Assembly (NCBI GenBank): GCA_963719515.1
Contig: CAVRCJ010000011.1
Span: 320,001 to 384,000, forward strand
Source of the DNA: an uncultured cyanobacterium
GTDB lineage: Bacteria; Cyanobacteriota; Cyanobacteriia; CAKZMO01
Direction: 5' to 3'
DNA: 64,000 bases
The notes beneath the pieces were generated by a model. That model did not search any database. It worked only from the letters and a program-made list of their open reading frames with translations, and had not been told where the DNA came from. Position 1 is the stretch's first letter. Every line of letters begins with the position of its first letter. Made by a program: the position numbers and the translations under genes. Of the stretch, positions 40,719 through 51,806 are shown piece by piece.

Positions 40719-42284
40719 ATGGCCTCCGACGACATCCGCGCTACGCGACTTAAAAAAGCCCAGCAGCTTCAGGAAAAGGGGCTCAATCCCTATGCCTATC
40801 GCTGGGAATCAACCCACGGCGCGGCGGAGCTTCAGGGCAAATACGCCCACCTAGAGCCTGGAGAAGAAGTCGAGGATGGAGTGGCGATCGCCGGGCGGAT
40901 CATGCTGCGGCGAGTGTTTGGCAAGCTGGCCTTTTTCACGCTGCAGGACGAGACGGGCACGATTCAGCTTTACCTGGATAAAAAGACCATCCAGGCCGGG
41001 ATGGCGGAAGTGGACGAAGCGGCCTTCAGCACCCTGAAGCAGCTCACCGACGCGGGGGATATTTTAGGCGTAAAAGGGACAATAAAGCGCACCGACAAGG
41101 GGGAACTGTCGGTGAAGGTGAGCCACTACCAAGTGCTCACCAAAGCGCTGCTGCCCCTGCCCGATAAGTGGCACGGGCTGACGGACGTGGAAAAGCGCTA
41201 CCGCCAGCGCTACGTCGACTTGATCGTCAACCCTGACGCCCGCCAGACTTTTCGCCGCCGCGCGCTCATCACGGCCGCTATTCGCCGCTTTCTAGACCAG
41301 CGGGGCTTTATTGAAATCGAAACGCCCGTGCTCCAGACAGAAGCCGGGGGAGCCGAGGCCCGCCCCTTCATTACCTATCACAACACCCTGGATATGGCGC
41401 TGTACCTGCGGATCGCCACGGAGCTGCACCTGAAGCGGCTGGTGGTAGGGGGCTTTGAAAAGGTGTTTGAGCTGGGGCGCGTGTTTCGCAACGAGGGCAT
41501 CTCGACGCGCCACAACCCCGAATTCACCACCCTGGAGCTCTACCAGGCCTACGCCGACTACCACGACATGATGGCTCTCACCGAGACGCTGATTGCCCAA
41601 GCGGCTCAAGACGTCTTGGAAACCACAGAGATCACCTACCAGGGAGAAGCCATCGATCTGACGACCCCCTGGCGGCGAGTGACCATGCACGAGGCGGTGC
41701 AGGAAAAAACGGGCGTTGATTTTGGCCAGTTTGACTCTCTTGAGGAGGCTAAATCCGCCGCCGAGGCCGCAGGCATCCACGCCAACGACTGCCCCAGCGT
41801 TGGCCATGTCCTCAATGAGGCCTTTGAGCAGGCGGTGGAAGAGACCCTCATTCAGCCCACCTTCATCACCGACTACCCAGTGGAGATTTCACCCTTGGCC
41901 AAGCCCCACCGCAGTAAGCCGGGTCTGGTAGAGCGCTTTGAGCTTTTCATCGTCGGTCGGGAAACCGCCAACAGCTTCTCCGAGCTAACAGACCCCGTCG
42001 ACCAGCGGCAGCGGCTAGAAACCCAAGCCGCCCGCAAAGCCGCCGGAGACTTAGAGGCCCAGGGGGTGGACGAAGACTTTTTGACGGCGTTGGAGTACGG
42101 CATGCCCCCCACGGGCGGTCTGGGCATTGGCATCGATCGCCTGATGATGCTCCTGTGCGACAGCGCTAGCATCCGGGATGCGATCGCCTTTCCGCTGCTG
42201 CGCGCTGAGACGACGGCAGAGCCTAAGCCCGATGACTCTAGGCCTGATGGAGAGACTGGCCCTAGCACCCCCGAGGCCAACTAG
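40719..42284 (+). CDS. lysS: Lysyl-tRNA synthetase (class II)
   Basis: [53 protein letters not shown]. Confidence 0.98.
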   Translation: MASDDIRATRLKKAQQLQEKGLNPYAYRWESTHGAAELQGKYAHLEPGEEVEDGVAIAGRIMLRRVFGKLAFFTLQDETGTIQLYLDKKTIQAGMAEVDEAAFSTLKQLTDAGDILGVKGTIKRTDKGELSVKVSHYQVLTKALLPLPDKWHGLTDVEKRYRQRYVDLIVNPDARQTFRRRALITAAIRRFLDQRGFIEIETPVLQTEAGGAEARPFITYHNTLDMALYLRIATELHLKRLVVGGFEKVFELGRVFRNEGISTRHNPEFTTLELYQAYADYHDMMALTETLIAQAAQDVLETTEITYQGEAIDLTTPWRRVTMHEAVQEKTGVDFGQFDSLEEAKSAAEAAGIHANDCPSVGHVLNEAFEQAVEETLIQPTFITDYPVEISPLAKPHRSKPGLVERFELFIVGRETANSFSELTDPVDQRQRLETQAARKAAGDLEAQGVDEDFLTALEYGMPPTGGLGIGIDRLMMLLCDSASIRDAIAFPLLRAETTAEPKPDDSRPDGETGPSTPEAN

Positions 42285-42285
42285 G

Positions 42286-42912
42286 ATGCGGTATCGTCTC
42301 TGCCCCTGGCTGCTGCCGCTGCTGCTGGCCTCAGCCTGCGGCTCTAAAACCTCCATCGTCTCCCTCAATCCCCCTCGAGCGGTCCCCGCCCCCAAGGTAG
42401 AAAAATTTCCTGACCCTCCGCCTCAAGAGACCGCCCAACTTCCCGAGGATGTGCAAATCTATCGGGATGAAGACGGCATGTTTGCCCTGGCGCTGCCTAA
42501 AGACTACAAGGCGGAGAGCGGAGAGCAGGGGATGACCTTCACGTCAGCCGACAGCGGTTTTAAGGGGGAAATTGGCTATGCCTCTATCGACTCAGACAAG
42601 CCCCTCACCTCAGCCCAGCTTGAGGAGCGCCTGAAGCGATCGCTGCAGGAAAGCTTTGTGGACGTCTCCTGGGAGCAGGGCAGCGCCGAGAAGCAGTCAG
42701 ACGGCAGCTTGCGGCTGAGCTGGAAGGGACTTAATAGCGAGGGACAGCAGCTCGACGCCCTCAGCTTTATTGAGCAGCACAGTGGCGTAGTCTATACCCT
42801 GACGGCCTACGGCATTGAAAAGCCCTACAAAGACTACAACAAGGACGCCCGCGTAATTGCCGGAAGCTACGTCGTTCGTGAAAGTAAGCCTGCTTCAGCG
42901 AGCAAGCCCTAA
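42286..42912 (+). CDS. Putative lipoprotein (possibly PsbP/Mog1-like fold)
   Basis: Signal peptide with lipobox LASAC; ATG 1 nt after the lysS stop. Confidence 0.7.
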   Translation: MRYRLCPWLLPLLLASACGSKTSIVSLNPPRAVPAPKVEKFPDPPPQETAQLPEDVQIYRDEDGMFALALPKDYKAESGEQGMTFTSADSGFKGEIGYASIDSDKPLTSAQLEERLKRSLQESFVDVSWEQGSAEKQSDGSLRLSWKGLNSEGQQLDALSFIEQHSGVVYTLTAYGIEKPYKDYNKDARVIAGSYVVRESKPASASKP

Positions 42913-43352
42913 GTGCGCTGAAGCAGCACAACGCCAGTCGTCAAAAAAACAACGCCCACGATACGCCAAGCGCTAATCGGATGGACCGGAAAGCCTACCA
43001 ATCCGAAATGATCTAGCGCGATCGCCGCCAGCATTTGCCCCGTAATGATCAGCCCAATCATCACCGCCGCACCAAGTACGGGGGCCAGAACAATAGTCGC
43101 CGTTAAGTAAACGGTCCCAAGTAATCCACCTAGCCACAAATACCACGGAATCTGTGATAAGCGGCTAAATGCGGGCAAGGGAGCTTGAACCAATGTTGTA
43201 GCGAGCATTAGGGCCGCTGCCCCGAACGTGAACGAGACAGTCGCCGCTAAGAGGGGATGGCCGAGGGCCTTAGCCAGCTGAGCGTTGATCCCCGCCTGTA
43301 TCGGCAGTAGGGTTCCTGCCGCGATTGCAAGCAGGAGGAAGAGCCAGTACAT
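42909..43352 (-). CDS. DMT-family transporter (YdcZ/DUF606-like)
   Basis: AGTLLPIQAGINAQL, PWYLWLGGLLG, GQMLAAIALDHFG. Confidence 0.88.
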   Translation of the reverse strand: MYWLFLLLAIAAGTLLPIQAGINAQLAKALGHPLLAATVSFTFGAAALMLATTLVQAPLPAFSRLSQIPWYLWLGGLLGTVYLTATIVLAPVLGAAVMIGLIITGQMLAAIALDHFGLVGFPVHPISAWRIVGVVFLTTGVVLLQRT

Positions 43353-43433
43353 TGAGCAATTCTCGGGTTGTGGTGACGTCTTATGGTGACGCACCAGCGC
43401 CAAAAGCGCAGCAAGTAGGTGATGACCTAGCGA

Positions 43434-44006
43434 CTAATTAGACACCTCAGCCATCTCAATCACCTGACCCTCCCAGTCCTTCACCAAAAAATTGAGCGGC
43501 TCTTCCCGGCGAATTTTATGCTTGACCCCATGGGTCTGGACGCGCATCAGCACCTGCTCTAGGCAGGCACGGTCAAAGCACACGTGCCGCTGACGGTCTT
43601 TGTTGCCAAGGTTTGCCCCCGACACCACGTGGAGCTGCGTATTTTTCTTAAGCTGATACCACAGTCCATCTGGGGCATTGTAGGTAGCGCCGCTAACCCC
43701 GCCACCCATATAGAGGGGGTCAACCGTAGCGCCCAGGGTTTGCTCGTAGTTGTAGTAATAGTGCAGCGGCACGTCAGCGGCTTGCAGCGCCAAGATATCT
43801 TCGTAAAAGCGGCGGGCTACCTCTAGATCCGACACCATCAAAGTGTAGACCTTAGGGGCGCTGGTCAAAAACATCCACATCGCGCCGGCATAGGCCACCA
43901 GCAGCATGACCATGATGCCCTGGGTAGACAGCAAGCTGTCGATGGGAAAAGCCGCAAGCATAACCGCAGAAGATAGTGACATGGAACCGCTTGTGTTTGA
44001 GACCAC
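43434..44006 (-). CDS. VOC/glyoxalase-like protein
   Basis: MVSDLEVARRFYE, GLWYQL, RHVCF, FLVKDWEGQVIE; start uncertain. Confidence 0.78.
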   Translation of the reverse strand: MVSNTSGSMSLSSAVMLAAFPIDSLLSTQGIMVMLLVAYAGAMWMFLTSAPKVYTLMVSDLEVARRFYEDILALQAADVPLHYYYNYEQTLGATVDPLYMGGGVSGATYNAPDGLWYQLKKNTQLHVVSGANLGNKDRQRHVCFDRACLEQVLMRVQTHGVKHKIRREEPLNFLVKDWEGQVIEMAEVSN

Positions 44007-44062
44007 TAGTGGCGATAGAGGGAGATAAATAGAGTATTAAACTTTATTCTACCAATCTTCCT

Positions 44063-45032
44063 CTATGACCTGCTCAATGACTCCTTTCGCTGTAGCCAGC
44101 CCAAGATCAGCTCATTTACGCGCTCGGGGTACTCATCGTGGGGACAATGTCCCGTGTTGGGAATGCTTTCGAATGCGACCTGCTCGGGCTGCTCTGCGCT
44201 AGGTCCTGGTAGATGGCCGCACCGGCAGATCGGGGTCCAAGGGATCTGCTTCTCCCCAAAGCACCAGCAGCGATTGCTGAATCTGAGGCAGTAGGTCTGC
44301 AGGGCGCGGACCGGGGGGTGCAGAGAGAATTGAGGCAAAAACCGCTTGGGCACCGGGGTCGCAGGAGGGCTGATACAGGATGTCAATCAGCTCGTCGGTA
44401 ACGGCTTCGGGGTTGCAGTAGACCTGCTTAAGCGTACTGCGCAGACGCCCCTTGCGGCGCACCTGATTGAACATCAGGGGACCAAACGCCGGGGAGCTGA
44501 CGATTCGGGTGAAAGTGCCCATGACGAACCGCAGCGGCGGCGGCAGCTCTTCGGGTCGGTGGTTCAGCCCCCCTGCGCAGTTAAGCAGTACCCCGCCTGA
44601 GGCGATCGCCGGGTGGTGGGCCATTAGCATCAGGGTCAAGAGCCCGCCAATGGAGTTGCCCACAAATACGGCGGGCCGCTGCACAATCTCTTGCCAAAAA
44701 TCAGCCAGCATCGCTTCCCACAGCTCTAGGCTGTAGCTCTCAGCGGGCTTATCCGACGCGCCAAACCCCAACATGTCTAGGGCAAACACCTGGTAGCCCT
44801 GCGCCAGCACGGGAATATTTTTGCGCCAGTGGCCGATGGAGGCCCCAAACCCGTGGATGAGCACCAGCGGCTCACCTTGGCCTGCGATCGCATAGCGGAT
44901 CCGGTGTCCCCGCCAGGTCCAGTCGAATTCCTGCCAGCTGCGGGGCTGGGGTTGCCCACTGGAAGATGGCTTGCTGGGAAACTGCACGCCGGAAGACTGA
45001 GTGCCAGATTGCACGCTGGGAGATTGAGTCAC
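44063..45032 (-). pseudogene. Alpha/beta hydrolase with an indel cluster near the 3' end
   Basis: LIHGFGASIGHWRKN, GNSIGG nucleophile, WGEADP; C-terminal GHCPHDE lies in another frame; about three indels at ~44190-44245. Confidence 0.8.
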
Positions 45033-45080
45033 GGGGCCTTAATTTAATAACGTTACATTTCTTTAATTCTACGACACTTC

Positions 45081-46142
45081 CTAAAGGGAGGCCGAGGCCG
45101 GATCGCCGTACAGCTGCATCACCCGCTCGATTCCCAAACGAGACTCAGCTTTAAGCGTGAGCGGCGAGCTGTGGCCTTGGTCGAGGTGCTCCGCCGCCGC
45201 GCAGCCAATCATGGCGGCGTTGTCGGTACAGTAGCGCAGCGGCGGGAACAGAACCTGAATGCCGTGGGGCTCAGCTGCCGCGTTCAGCTGCCGCCTCAAC
45301 TCGCTGTTGGCCGCCACGCCCCCGCCCACGGCGATGGTCTTCAAATCGTAGTCCAAGGCGGCGGCAATCGCCCGCTTGGTGAGGGCGCGGGCGACGGCAT
45401 TCTGAAAACTGGCCGCAACGTCGGCGATCGGCAACGCCTCTTCCTCAGCCTGCAGCCGCTGGGTCAGCCGCAGCACCGCCGTCTTCAGGCCGCTAAAACT
45501 GGAGTCGTAGGGATGAAAACCGCCCTGAGGCAGCGAGATATTGCCCTCCGGCAGCGCAAATCGCCGGCTGTCGCCCTGCTGCGCCAGCTTATCGATAATT
45601 GGTCCGCCCGGGTAGCCTAGACCCATAAGCCGCGCCACTTTGTCAAAGGCTTCGCCTGCCGCATCGTCTCGGGTCCGCCCCAGGGTGACATAGTCGCCGC
45701 AGCCCTTCACCTGAATCACGCTAGTGTGGCCTCCCGATACCAGCAGACACACAAACGGCGGTTCAAAAGTGGGGTCTGCAAGGTACGAGGCGTAGATATG
45801 TCCTTCGAGGTGGTGGACCCCTATAAACGGCTTATTACGCATCATCGCCAGAGTTTTAGCCGCCGTCACGCCCACCAAAAGCGCGCCCACCAGCCCCGGC
45901 GCACAGGTGGCGGCGATGCCGTCAATCTCGTCCCAGGTTGCAGCAGCCTCCTCTAGGGCTTGGGCGATCGCCTGATTTAGCGTTTCCACGTGCTGCCGTG
46001 AAGCCACTTCAGGCACGACGCCGCCGAAGCGAGCGTGGATTTCAATTTGGCTGGAAACGATGCTGGCCTGGACATTACGATTCTCAACGATTGCAACGGC
46101 AGTTTCGTCACAACTTGTTTCGATTGCTAAAATTTTTGCCAT
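45081..46142 (-). CDS. tsaD: tRNA N6-adenosine threonylcarbamoyltransferase
   Basis: [53 protein letters not shown]. Confidence 0.97.
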   Translation of the reverse strand: MAKILAIETSCDETAVAIVENRNVQASIVSSQIEIHARFGGVVPEVASRQHVETLNQAIAQALEEAAATWDEIDGIAATCAPGLVGALLVGVTAAKTLAMMRNKPFIGVHHLEGHIYASYLADPTFEPPFVCLLVSGGHTSVIQVKGCGDYVTLGRTRDDAAGEAFDKVARLMGLGYPGGPIIDKLAQQGDSRRFALPEGNISLPQGGFHPYDSSFSGLKTAVLRLTQRLQAEEEALPIADVAASFQNAVARALTKRAIAAALDYDLKTIAVGGGVAANSELRRQLNAAAEPHGIQVLFPPLRYCTDNAAMIGCAAAEHLDQGHSSPLTLKAESRLGIERVMQLYGDPASASL

Positions 46143-46383
46143 TTGCTCACCCCTATCCTGTAGGGTAGAAAATCAGCAGGACGCTTTTCAGTGCTGGATT
46201 ATAGCCAAGGTTACAATCAGCAAGATTACTTCGCAAACGGGCTTCGAGCGGTCTTGACACCAACGGAAGCCGTACGCCAGAAGCTACATTCGGCGAAGGG
46301 CGCTGCACAATTCAAGGCGATCGCGCGAACTCCGCTTTTGAATTGCTTTATACATGTTGCGTGTTATTGAGGAAAACGAATCT

Positions 46384-46869
46384 ATGCGTCAATGTTTTGC
46401 TGCTATCTTAGCGCTTTGCCTCTGGCTTGGCGTTGCTGCGCCAGCTTCTGCCGATGTGGCTGGCCTAACTCCCTGTGATCAATCTCCAGCGTTTCAGGCG
46501 CGCGCGGCCAACGCCAGCACGCCTCAAGCGCAGCGCCGCTTCGAGCTATACGGTGCCTCCAACGTACTGTGTGGACCCGAGGGTCTGCCCCACCTGGTGG
46601 TAGATGGAAGCCTCGATCACGCGGGTGAATTCATTATCCCGAGCATTTTGTTTCTGTATATTGCCGGCTGGATTGGCTGGGCAGGTCGCGCTTACCTAAT
46701 TGCGGTTCGCGACGAGAAGAAGCCGGAAGAGAAGGAAATCATCATCGACGTACCTTTGGCGCTGAGCATCACGTTGGCCGCACTTGCTTGGCCAGCGACA
46801 GCGCTCAAAGAGTTTCTCAGTGGTGAGCTTGTCGAAGCTGAGGAAAACATTCCCGTTTCCCCTCGATAG
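46384..46869 (+). CDS. psaF: Photosystem I subunit III
   Basis: Signal peptide, [39 protein letters not shown]-terminal VSPR. Confidence 0.97.
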   Translation: MRQCFAAILALCLWLGVAAPASADVAGLTPCDQSPAFQARAANASTPQAQRRFELYGASNVLCGPEGLPHLVVDGSLDHAGEFIIPSILFLYIAGWIGWAGRAYLIAVRDEKKPEEKEIIIDVPLALSITLAALAWPATALKEFLSGELVEAEENIPVSPR

Positions 46870-46918
46870 TCTTCTGCTGTGCTAAGTCCCCTCGATGTAT
46901 TTCCGTTAGGAGTTTTTT

Positions 46919-47041
46919 ATGGACAACTTTCTTAAGTACCTGTCTACGGCCCCTGTCATGGCCACAGTGGCTACTTTCATCGCAGCCGGAGTTTTAATCG
47001 AATTCAACCGATTTTTTCCCGATCTGCTGTTTCACCCCTAA
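46919..47041 (+). CDS. psaJ: Photosystem I subunit IX (40 aa, absent from the ORF track)
   Basis: Manual translation [48 protein letters not shown]; follows psaF. Confidence 0.97.
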   Translation: MDNFLKYLSTAPVMATVATFIAAGVLIEFNRFFPDLLFHP

Positions 47042-47113
47042 TAGAAGCCTGCTAGCGGGTTACCCCATCAACCGATGAAGGGGAACTGGGTTTAGCGATC
47101 GCTCTTCTACTAA

Positions 47114-47146
47114 ATGCCCCGGCACTTACTCTGTGTCGGGGCATTT
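47114..47146. terminator. Hairpin between psaJ and clpB
   Basis: AATGCCCCGGCAC...GTGTCGGGGCATT. Confidence 0.6.
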
Positions 47147-47188
47147 GGCGTATTTGAGCAGTAAGTACAAACGGGCCGCTTCTGGCCT

Positions 47189-49984
47189 CTACACCGCCTT
47201 AACGATGTCACCATCGTGACTGCTGCTGTCGCTGAACGGATTTTGGGGCGTCTCTAGCTCTACAGCAAGCTCAGGTACCGTATCGGGAGCGGGAGCGAGC
47301 GCGGAGCTCCCGTTAGTGACCTCTGCGGAGGCCTGCTTATGGGTAAAGCTGAGGCTTGTGCCGTCTAGGTCGACCAGGATAGTATCCCCTTCATCAAACG
47401 CGTTCTCTAAGATCTTGGTTGCCAAGGGGTTTTCCACCTCTCGCTGGATGGCTCGCTTCAGCGGCCTAGCCCCATAGGCGGGGTCGTAGCCCGCTTCAGC
47501 AATGTGGTCTTGGGCCGCTGCCGTTACCTCAAGGCCAAGCTTTTGCTCTGACAGCAGCTTGTGAACCCGGTTGAGCTGAATGCCCACAATTTGCCGCAGT
47601 TCGTCGAGCCGCAGCGGATGGAACAAAATTAGGTCGTCAATGCGGTTGAGAAACTCGGGTCGAAAGTGCGATCGCAGCGCCACGAGCACCCGCGATCGCA
47701 TTTCTTCGTACTTGGAGTCGTCGCCCGACACGTCTAAGATGTGGTCGCCGCCGATGTTGCTGGTCATCACAATGACGGTGTTGCAGAAATTGATCTGACG
47801 CCCTTGAGAATCGGTGACCTGTCCGTCATCCAGCACCTGCAGCAGGATGTTGAATACGTCCGGGTGAGCCTTCTCCACTTCGTCTAGCAACAGCACGGAA
47901 TAGGGGCGGCGGCGAATCGCCTCTGACAGCTGCCCGCCCTCCTCAAAGCCCACATAGCCCGGAGGCGCACCCACCAGCCGCGATACGGCGTGCTTCTCCA
48001 TATATTCCGACATGTCGATACGCACCAGGGCATCGCTGGAGTCAAACAAAAACTCGGCGAGAGTGCGGGCCAGTTCCGTCTTACCGACGCCCGTCGGCCC
48101 CATAAACAAAAATGAGCCAATAGGGCGGCTGGGGTCCTGCATTCCGGCCCGCGCCCGACGAATGGCGGCTGATACCGCCGCGACGGCCTCATCTTGGCCA
48201 ATGACGCGCTCATGCAGGTGAGACTCCAGCTGCAGCAGCTTTTGCCGCTCCGACTCCAGCAGTCGGTTGACGGGAATACCTGTCCACTTGGCCACGATTT
48301 CGGCGATGTCGGCTTCGGTCACCTGCTGGCGAAGCAGCGCTGCGCCGCGAGATTGGATGTCAATCAGGGCCGCCTCTTTGTCCTCTAGCTCCTGATGGAC
48401 CGCCTCTAAGCGGCCGTACTTGAGCTGAGCCGCCGTGTTGAGATCGTAGTCGCGCTCAGCTTTTTCAATCTGGTGCTGCAGCTGCTCTTCTTCTTCCCGC
48501 AGCGCCTTGATTGTGTCTCGGGTCTGCTTTTCCGAGTCCCACTGAGAGGAGAGGCGATCGCGCTCAGTGGTGAGCTCGCTTAGCTCACCGGTAATTCGCT
48601 CCAGCTGGTTTGCCAGTCGGTAGCTGCCTGAGTTGTCGCCGTTGTCCTCCCCCTCTAGCGATCGCTTCTCCATTTCCAGCTGCATTAACCGCCGCTCGAC
48701 GGTTTCTAGCTCTTCTGGCTTGGAGGTGTTCTCCATCTTCAGCTTGGCCGCCGCCTCATCCACAAGATCGATAGCCTTATCGGGCAAGAAGCGATCGGTG
48801 ATGTAGCGGTCGGAGAGCTTGGCGGAGGCCACCAGCGCCGCATCGGAGATGGTGACGTTGTGGTGGGTTTGATAGCGGTCTTTGAGGCCCCGGAGGATGG
48901 AGATGGTGTCGTCGACGCTAGGCTGACCGATGTAGACCTGCTGGAAGCGCCGCTCTAGCGCTGCATCCTTCTCGATATGCTTGCGGTATTCATCCAGGGT
49001 AGTAGCCCCGATACAGCGCAGCTGCCCTCGGGCCAGCATCGGCTTTAGCAGATTACCCGCATCGACGTTGGTCTGCCCTGCCCCGGCCCCAACGACGGTG
49101 TGCAGCTCGTCGATGAAAAGCACATACTGGCCATCAGAGTCAGTGACCGCCCTGAGCACAGACCGCAAGCGGTCTTCAAAATCGCCCCGGTACTTTGCCC
49201 CCGCCACCAAGGAGCCCATGTCGAGAGAAATCAGGCGGCGATTTTTGAGGGATTCGGGCACATCGCCATTGACCATGCGCTGGGCCAGCCCTTCGGCGAT
49301 CGCTGTTTTGCCGACGCCGGGTTCGCCAATTAGCACAGGGTTGTTCTTCGTGCGCCGCGAGAGCACCTGAATGACCCGGCGGATCTCCTCATCGCGGCCA
49401 ATCACCGGGTCAAGCTTGCCCGCTGTGGCCTGCTCGGTGAGGTCACGGCCGTATTTTTCTAGCGGGTCGTCTTGCTCTTCTTTGGCGCTCTTATTGCTGC
49501 TAGGCTCATCAGGGGCCGCCGCCGCCGCTTCTGTCTGCCGCTGCTTGCGCAGCTCCATCGCCGCCGTCTCTAACCGACCCAGGTCAATACCGGCGTTGCG
49601 AAACAGCCGCCGCCCGATGCGCTCATCCCGCGAGAGCGCTAGCAGCAGGTGCTCATCGTCAATGACCTCGGCGCTGAGGTTGTGGCGAACGTTGTCAGCG
49701 CGGTCTAGGAGCTGGTCTAAGGAGCGGCCTAGGTAAAGCTGATCGCCATCGGCAACCTTGGGCTGGCGCTGGGCATAGGCCTCTATCTGCTTTTCAAGCC
49801 GTTCTGTGTTCACTCCCATGAGGCCCAGCAGCTGACTGGTAAAGCTGTCTTTCAGCTCCAGCAGCGCGATCGCCAAATGCTCAACCTCCAGCTGCTGCTG
49901 ACGAAAGCGACGAACAATGTCCTGTGAGTTGACAATGGCGTCCCAGGCGCTATCTGTGAACTTGCTCGGGTCAGTTGGCTGCAT
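47189..49984 (-). CDS. clpB: ATP-dependent chaperone ClpB (ClpB2-like N-terminus)
   Basis: Two AAA modules ([16 protein letters not shown]), long middle coiled coil, [20 protein letters not shown]. Confidence 0.96.
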   Translation of the reverse strand: MQPTDPSKFTDSAWDAIVNSQDIVRRFRQQQLEVEHLAIALLELKDSFTSQLLGLMGVNTERLEKQIEAYAQRQPKVADGDQLYLGRSLDQLLDRADNVRHNLSAEVIDDEHLLLALSRDERIGRRLFRNAGIDLGRLETAAMELRKQRQTEAAAAAPDEPSSNKSAKEEQDDPLEKYGRDLTEQATAGKLDPVIGRDEEIRRVIQVLSRRTKNNPVLIGEPGVGKTAIAEGLAQRMVNGDVPESLKNRRLISLDMGSLVAGAKYRGDFEDRLRSVLRAVTDSDGQYVLFIDELHTVVGAGAGQTNVDAGNLLKPMLARGQLRCIGATTLDEYRKHIEKDAALERRFQQVYIGQPSVDDTISILRGLKDRYQTHHNVTISDAALVASAKLSDRYITDRFLPDKAIDLVDEAAAKLKMENTSKPEELETVERRLMQLEMEKRSLEGEDNGDNSGSYRLANQLERITGELSELTTERDRLSSQWDSEKQTRDTIKALREEEEQLQHQIEKAERDYDLNTAAQLKYGRLEAVHQELEDKEAALIDIQSRGAALLRQQVTEADIAEIVAKWTGIPVNRLLESERQKLLQLESHLHERVIGQDEAVAAVSAAIRRARAGMQDPSRPIGSFLFMGPTGVGKTELARTLAEFLFDSSDALVRIDMSEYMEKHAVSRLVGAPPGYVGFEEGGQLSEAIRRRPYSVLLLDEVEKAHPDVFNILLQVLDDGQVTDSQGRQINFCNTVIVMTSNIGGDHILDVSGDDSKYEEMRSRVLVALRSHFRPEFLNRIDDLILFHPLRLDELRQIVGIQLNRVHKLLSEQKLGLEVTAAAQDHIAEAGYDPAYGARPLKRAIQREVENPLATKILENAFDEGDTILVDLDGTSLSFTHKQASAEVTNGSSALAPAPDTVPELAVELETPQNPFSDSSSHDGDIVKAV

Positions 49985-50165
49985 ATCAAGTGGGGCGAAG
50001 GATCAGGGGAACAGAACGAAAAGCCTTTGTTCTCAGTGTAACAAGGGAGGGGAGCAGGACGCATTGGCGCAAAATCTCGAGTCTTCTACCGTTGTAGGGA
50101 AGCAGACGCTGGGGTGTATTTGCTAGAGCAGATATAGTTAAGCATTAGAGAACTTGGGAAAAAGT

Positions 50166-50585
50166 ATGGATAAGCGTTCAGCAGAGTCAGAGCAAGATCG
50201 AGATGCGGCCATCGGGCAATCGTCCCAGCCGCAGACAAACATCAGCGTTGGCGAGCATACGGCTGGCAGTGACCCTGATGGCCTCAGCGCTGATGTCACC
50301 CCGACTTCTGACATCACGCCGCCCGGATCACAGTCAGAAGCCTACATTGCCGCCGGCAAGCCTACCACCGGGGGAGATACCTTCTCTGACCAAGGTCAGG
50401 CCAAGGTGGTGGGAGAAGAGGCTGTTGGGGGCACAACGCCGACGCCAGGCCAAAATGTGGTGAGTGAACTTGGCGAGGCCGTGGGTATGACCTACCCCGA
50501 TCGTCAACCCGTTGCCGGGGTGGAAAAGATGCAGGAACGAGACGACAAGCGTTGGGAGCTTGACCCCGACTCGTCAGACGCTTAA
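50166..50585 (+). CDS. Acidic hydrophilic protein (DUF6335-like)
   Basis: TGGD, VGEEAVGGTTPTPGQNVV, RDDKRWELDPDS. Confidence 0.75.
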   Translation: MDKRSAESEQDRDAAIGQSSQPQTNISVGEHTAGSDPDGLSADVTPTSDITPPGSQSEAYIAAGKPTTGGDTFSDQGQAKVVGEEAVGGTTPTPGQNVVSELGEAVGMTYPDRQPVAGVEKMQERDDKRWELDPDSSDA

Positions 50586-50641
50586 GAGGCCTATTTCGAT
50601 TGGGCTGTAGGGTATGGGGGCCAGCCCTGAAGACAAATCCT

Positions 50642-51406
50642 CTACAGGGCTGGAGGTAACCCCGGCAAACTGCGCAGGTGCCCATCTTCTAAGTAGGCGA
50701 TATCGTCAGCAACATCTCGAATACGGGAATCATGGGTGACAATCAGCACCGTGCTGCCCTCTTCTTTGGCGAGCCGCCTTAAGAGGGAGATAACCGCATG
50801 TCCGCTCTTAGAGTCAAGAGACGCCGTGGGCTCATCCGCCATGATGATCGGCGGGTATCCTGCCAGGGCGCGGGCGATCGCCACCCGCTGCTTCTGCCCG
50901 CCAGAAAGGCTACGGGGATAGGCGTTTGCCCTGTCTCCGAGGCCCACTTGGTCCAATAGGTCGTAGGCTCTGCGGTTGGCCTGGCCCTGCTTGCCCTGCA
51001 GCTTGAGAATCACCTCCACGTTTTCCACCGCCGTCAGCGCCGGGAACAGGTTGAATCCCTGGAAGATGAAGCCGATATTGTGGAGTCGATAGTCCGCCAG
51101 CTTGCTGCGGGACATGGTCGTTATTTCTTGGCCCAGCATCTTGACGCTGCCCGAAGACGGCGTTAGAATTCCACCTAATATTGAGAGCAGCGTGGTTTTG
51201 CCTGAGCCTGACGGCCCCATCAGCAGCTGAATTTCTCCCGAATTGACGGTCAGGGAGATGTCGCTGAGAACCTGGCGAGTTTGTTCCCCCGTCTTGTACT
51301 GCATCGACACCTCTGAGGCAGCGAGCGCAACTCGACTATCACCCACCGGCTTGAGCAACTTCTTCTGAGGAGCAAGCTGCTGATCATTACTTAATTGAGC
51401 CGTCAT
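50642..51406 (-). CDS. ABC transporter ATP-binding protein (LolD/DevA-like)
   Basis: GPSGSGKTT, LSGGQKQRVAIARAL, ADEPTASLD, VTHD. Confidence 0.93.
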   Translation of the reverse strand: MTAQLSNDQQLAPQKKLLKPVGDSRVALAASEVSMQYKTGEQTRQVLSDISLTVNSGEIQLLMGPSGSGKTTLLSILGGILTPSSGSVKMLGQEITTMSRSKLADYRLHNIGFIFQGFNLFPALTAVENVEVILKLQGKQGQANRRAYDLLDQVGLGDRANAYPRSLSGGQKQRVAIARALAGYPPIIMADEPTASLDSKSGHAVISLLRRLAKEEGSTVLIVTHDSRIRDVADDIAYLEDGHLRSLPGLPPAL

Positions 51407-51682
51407 TTAGAAACCGTATGACACATCAGTTGTGCGAGGGCAGGGAAGAAACGAGTCTGTACAGATAGAAAACTCTGTCAAGTGCAATTGTAAACAATTA
51501 CGCTTGGTCTGTTACGAAACTCTACCAAGTCTTTACTAGACTTGCGAGGGCGCTTCTATTTAGACTAGCGAGCTATTTGGAAGTCAGGCTGTATCGCGGA
51601 ATACAGCAGATACAGGCAGCTGCAGATTCAGCGATGTCCTAAGCGCCTGCGGCTTTTGAAGAGCATAGCCCGGTTCCTCAAT

Positions 51683-51742
51683 TGTAAGCGACTGTCTGGT
51701 GTAAGCGACTGTCTGGGGAGCGACTGTCTGGGGAGCGATCGC
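51683..51742. repeat. Short tandem repeat AGCGACTGTCTGG x3 ending in a HIP1 site
   Basis: TGTAAGCGACTGTCTGG x2, GGAGCGACTGTCTGG, GGAGCGATCGC. Confidence 0.85.
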
Positions 51743-51806
51743 CTGCTGGCCTTAACAATCGAAAGTTACTTGAGCCTCTAGCCCGGCATTGTGACTTAGA
51801 TTGGCG

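Noticed and set aside
51683..51742. Possible mini-CRISPR
   Set aside because: Units are 15-17 bp and abut each other with no unique spacers; no cas genes
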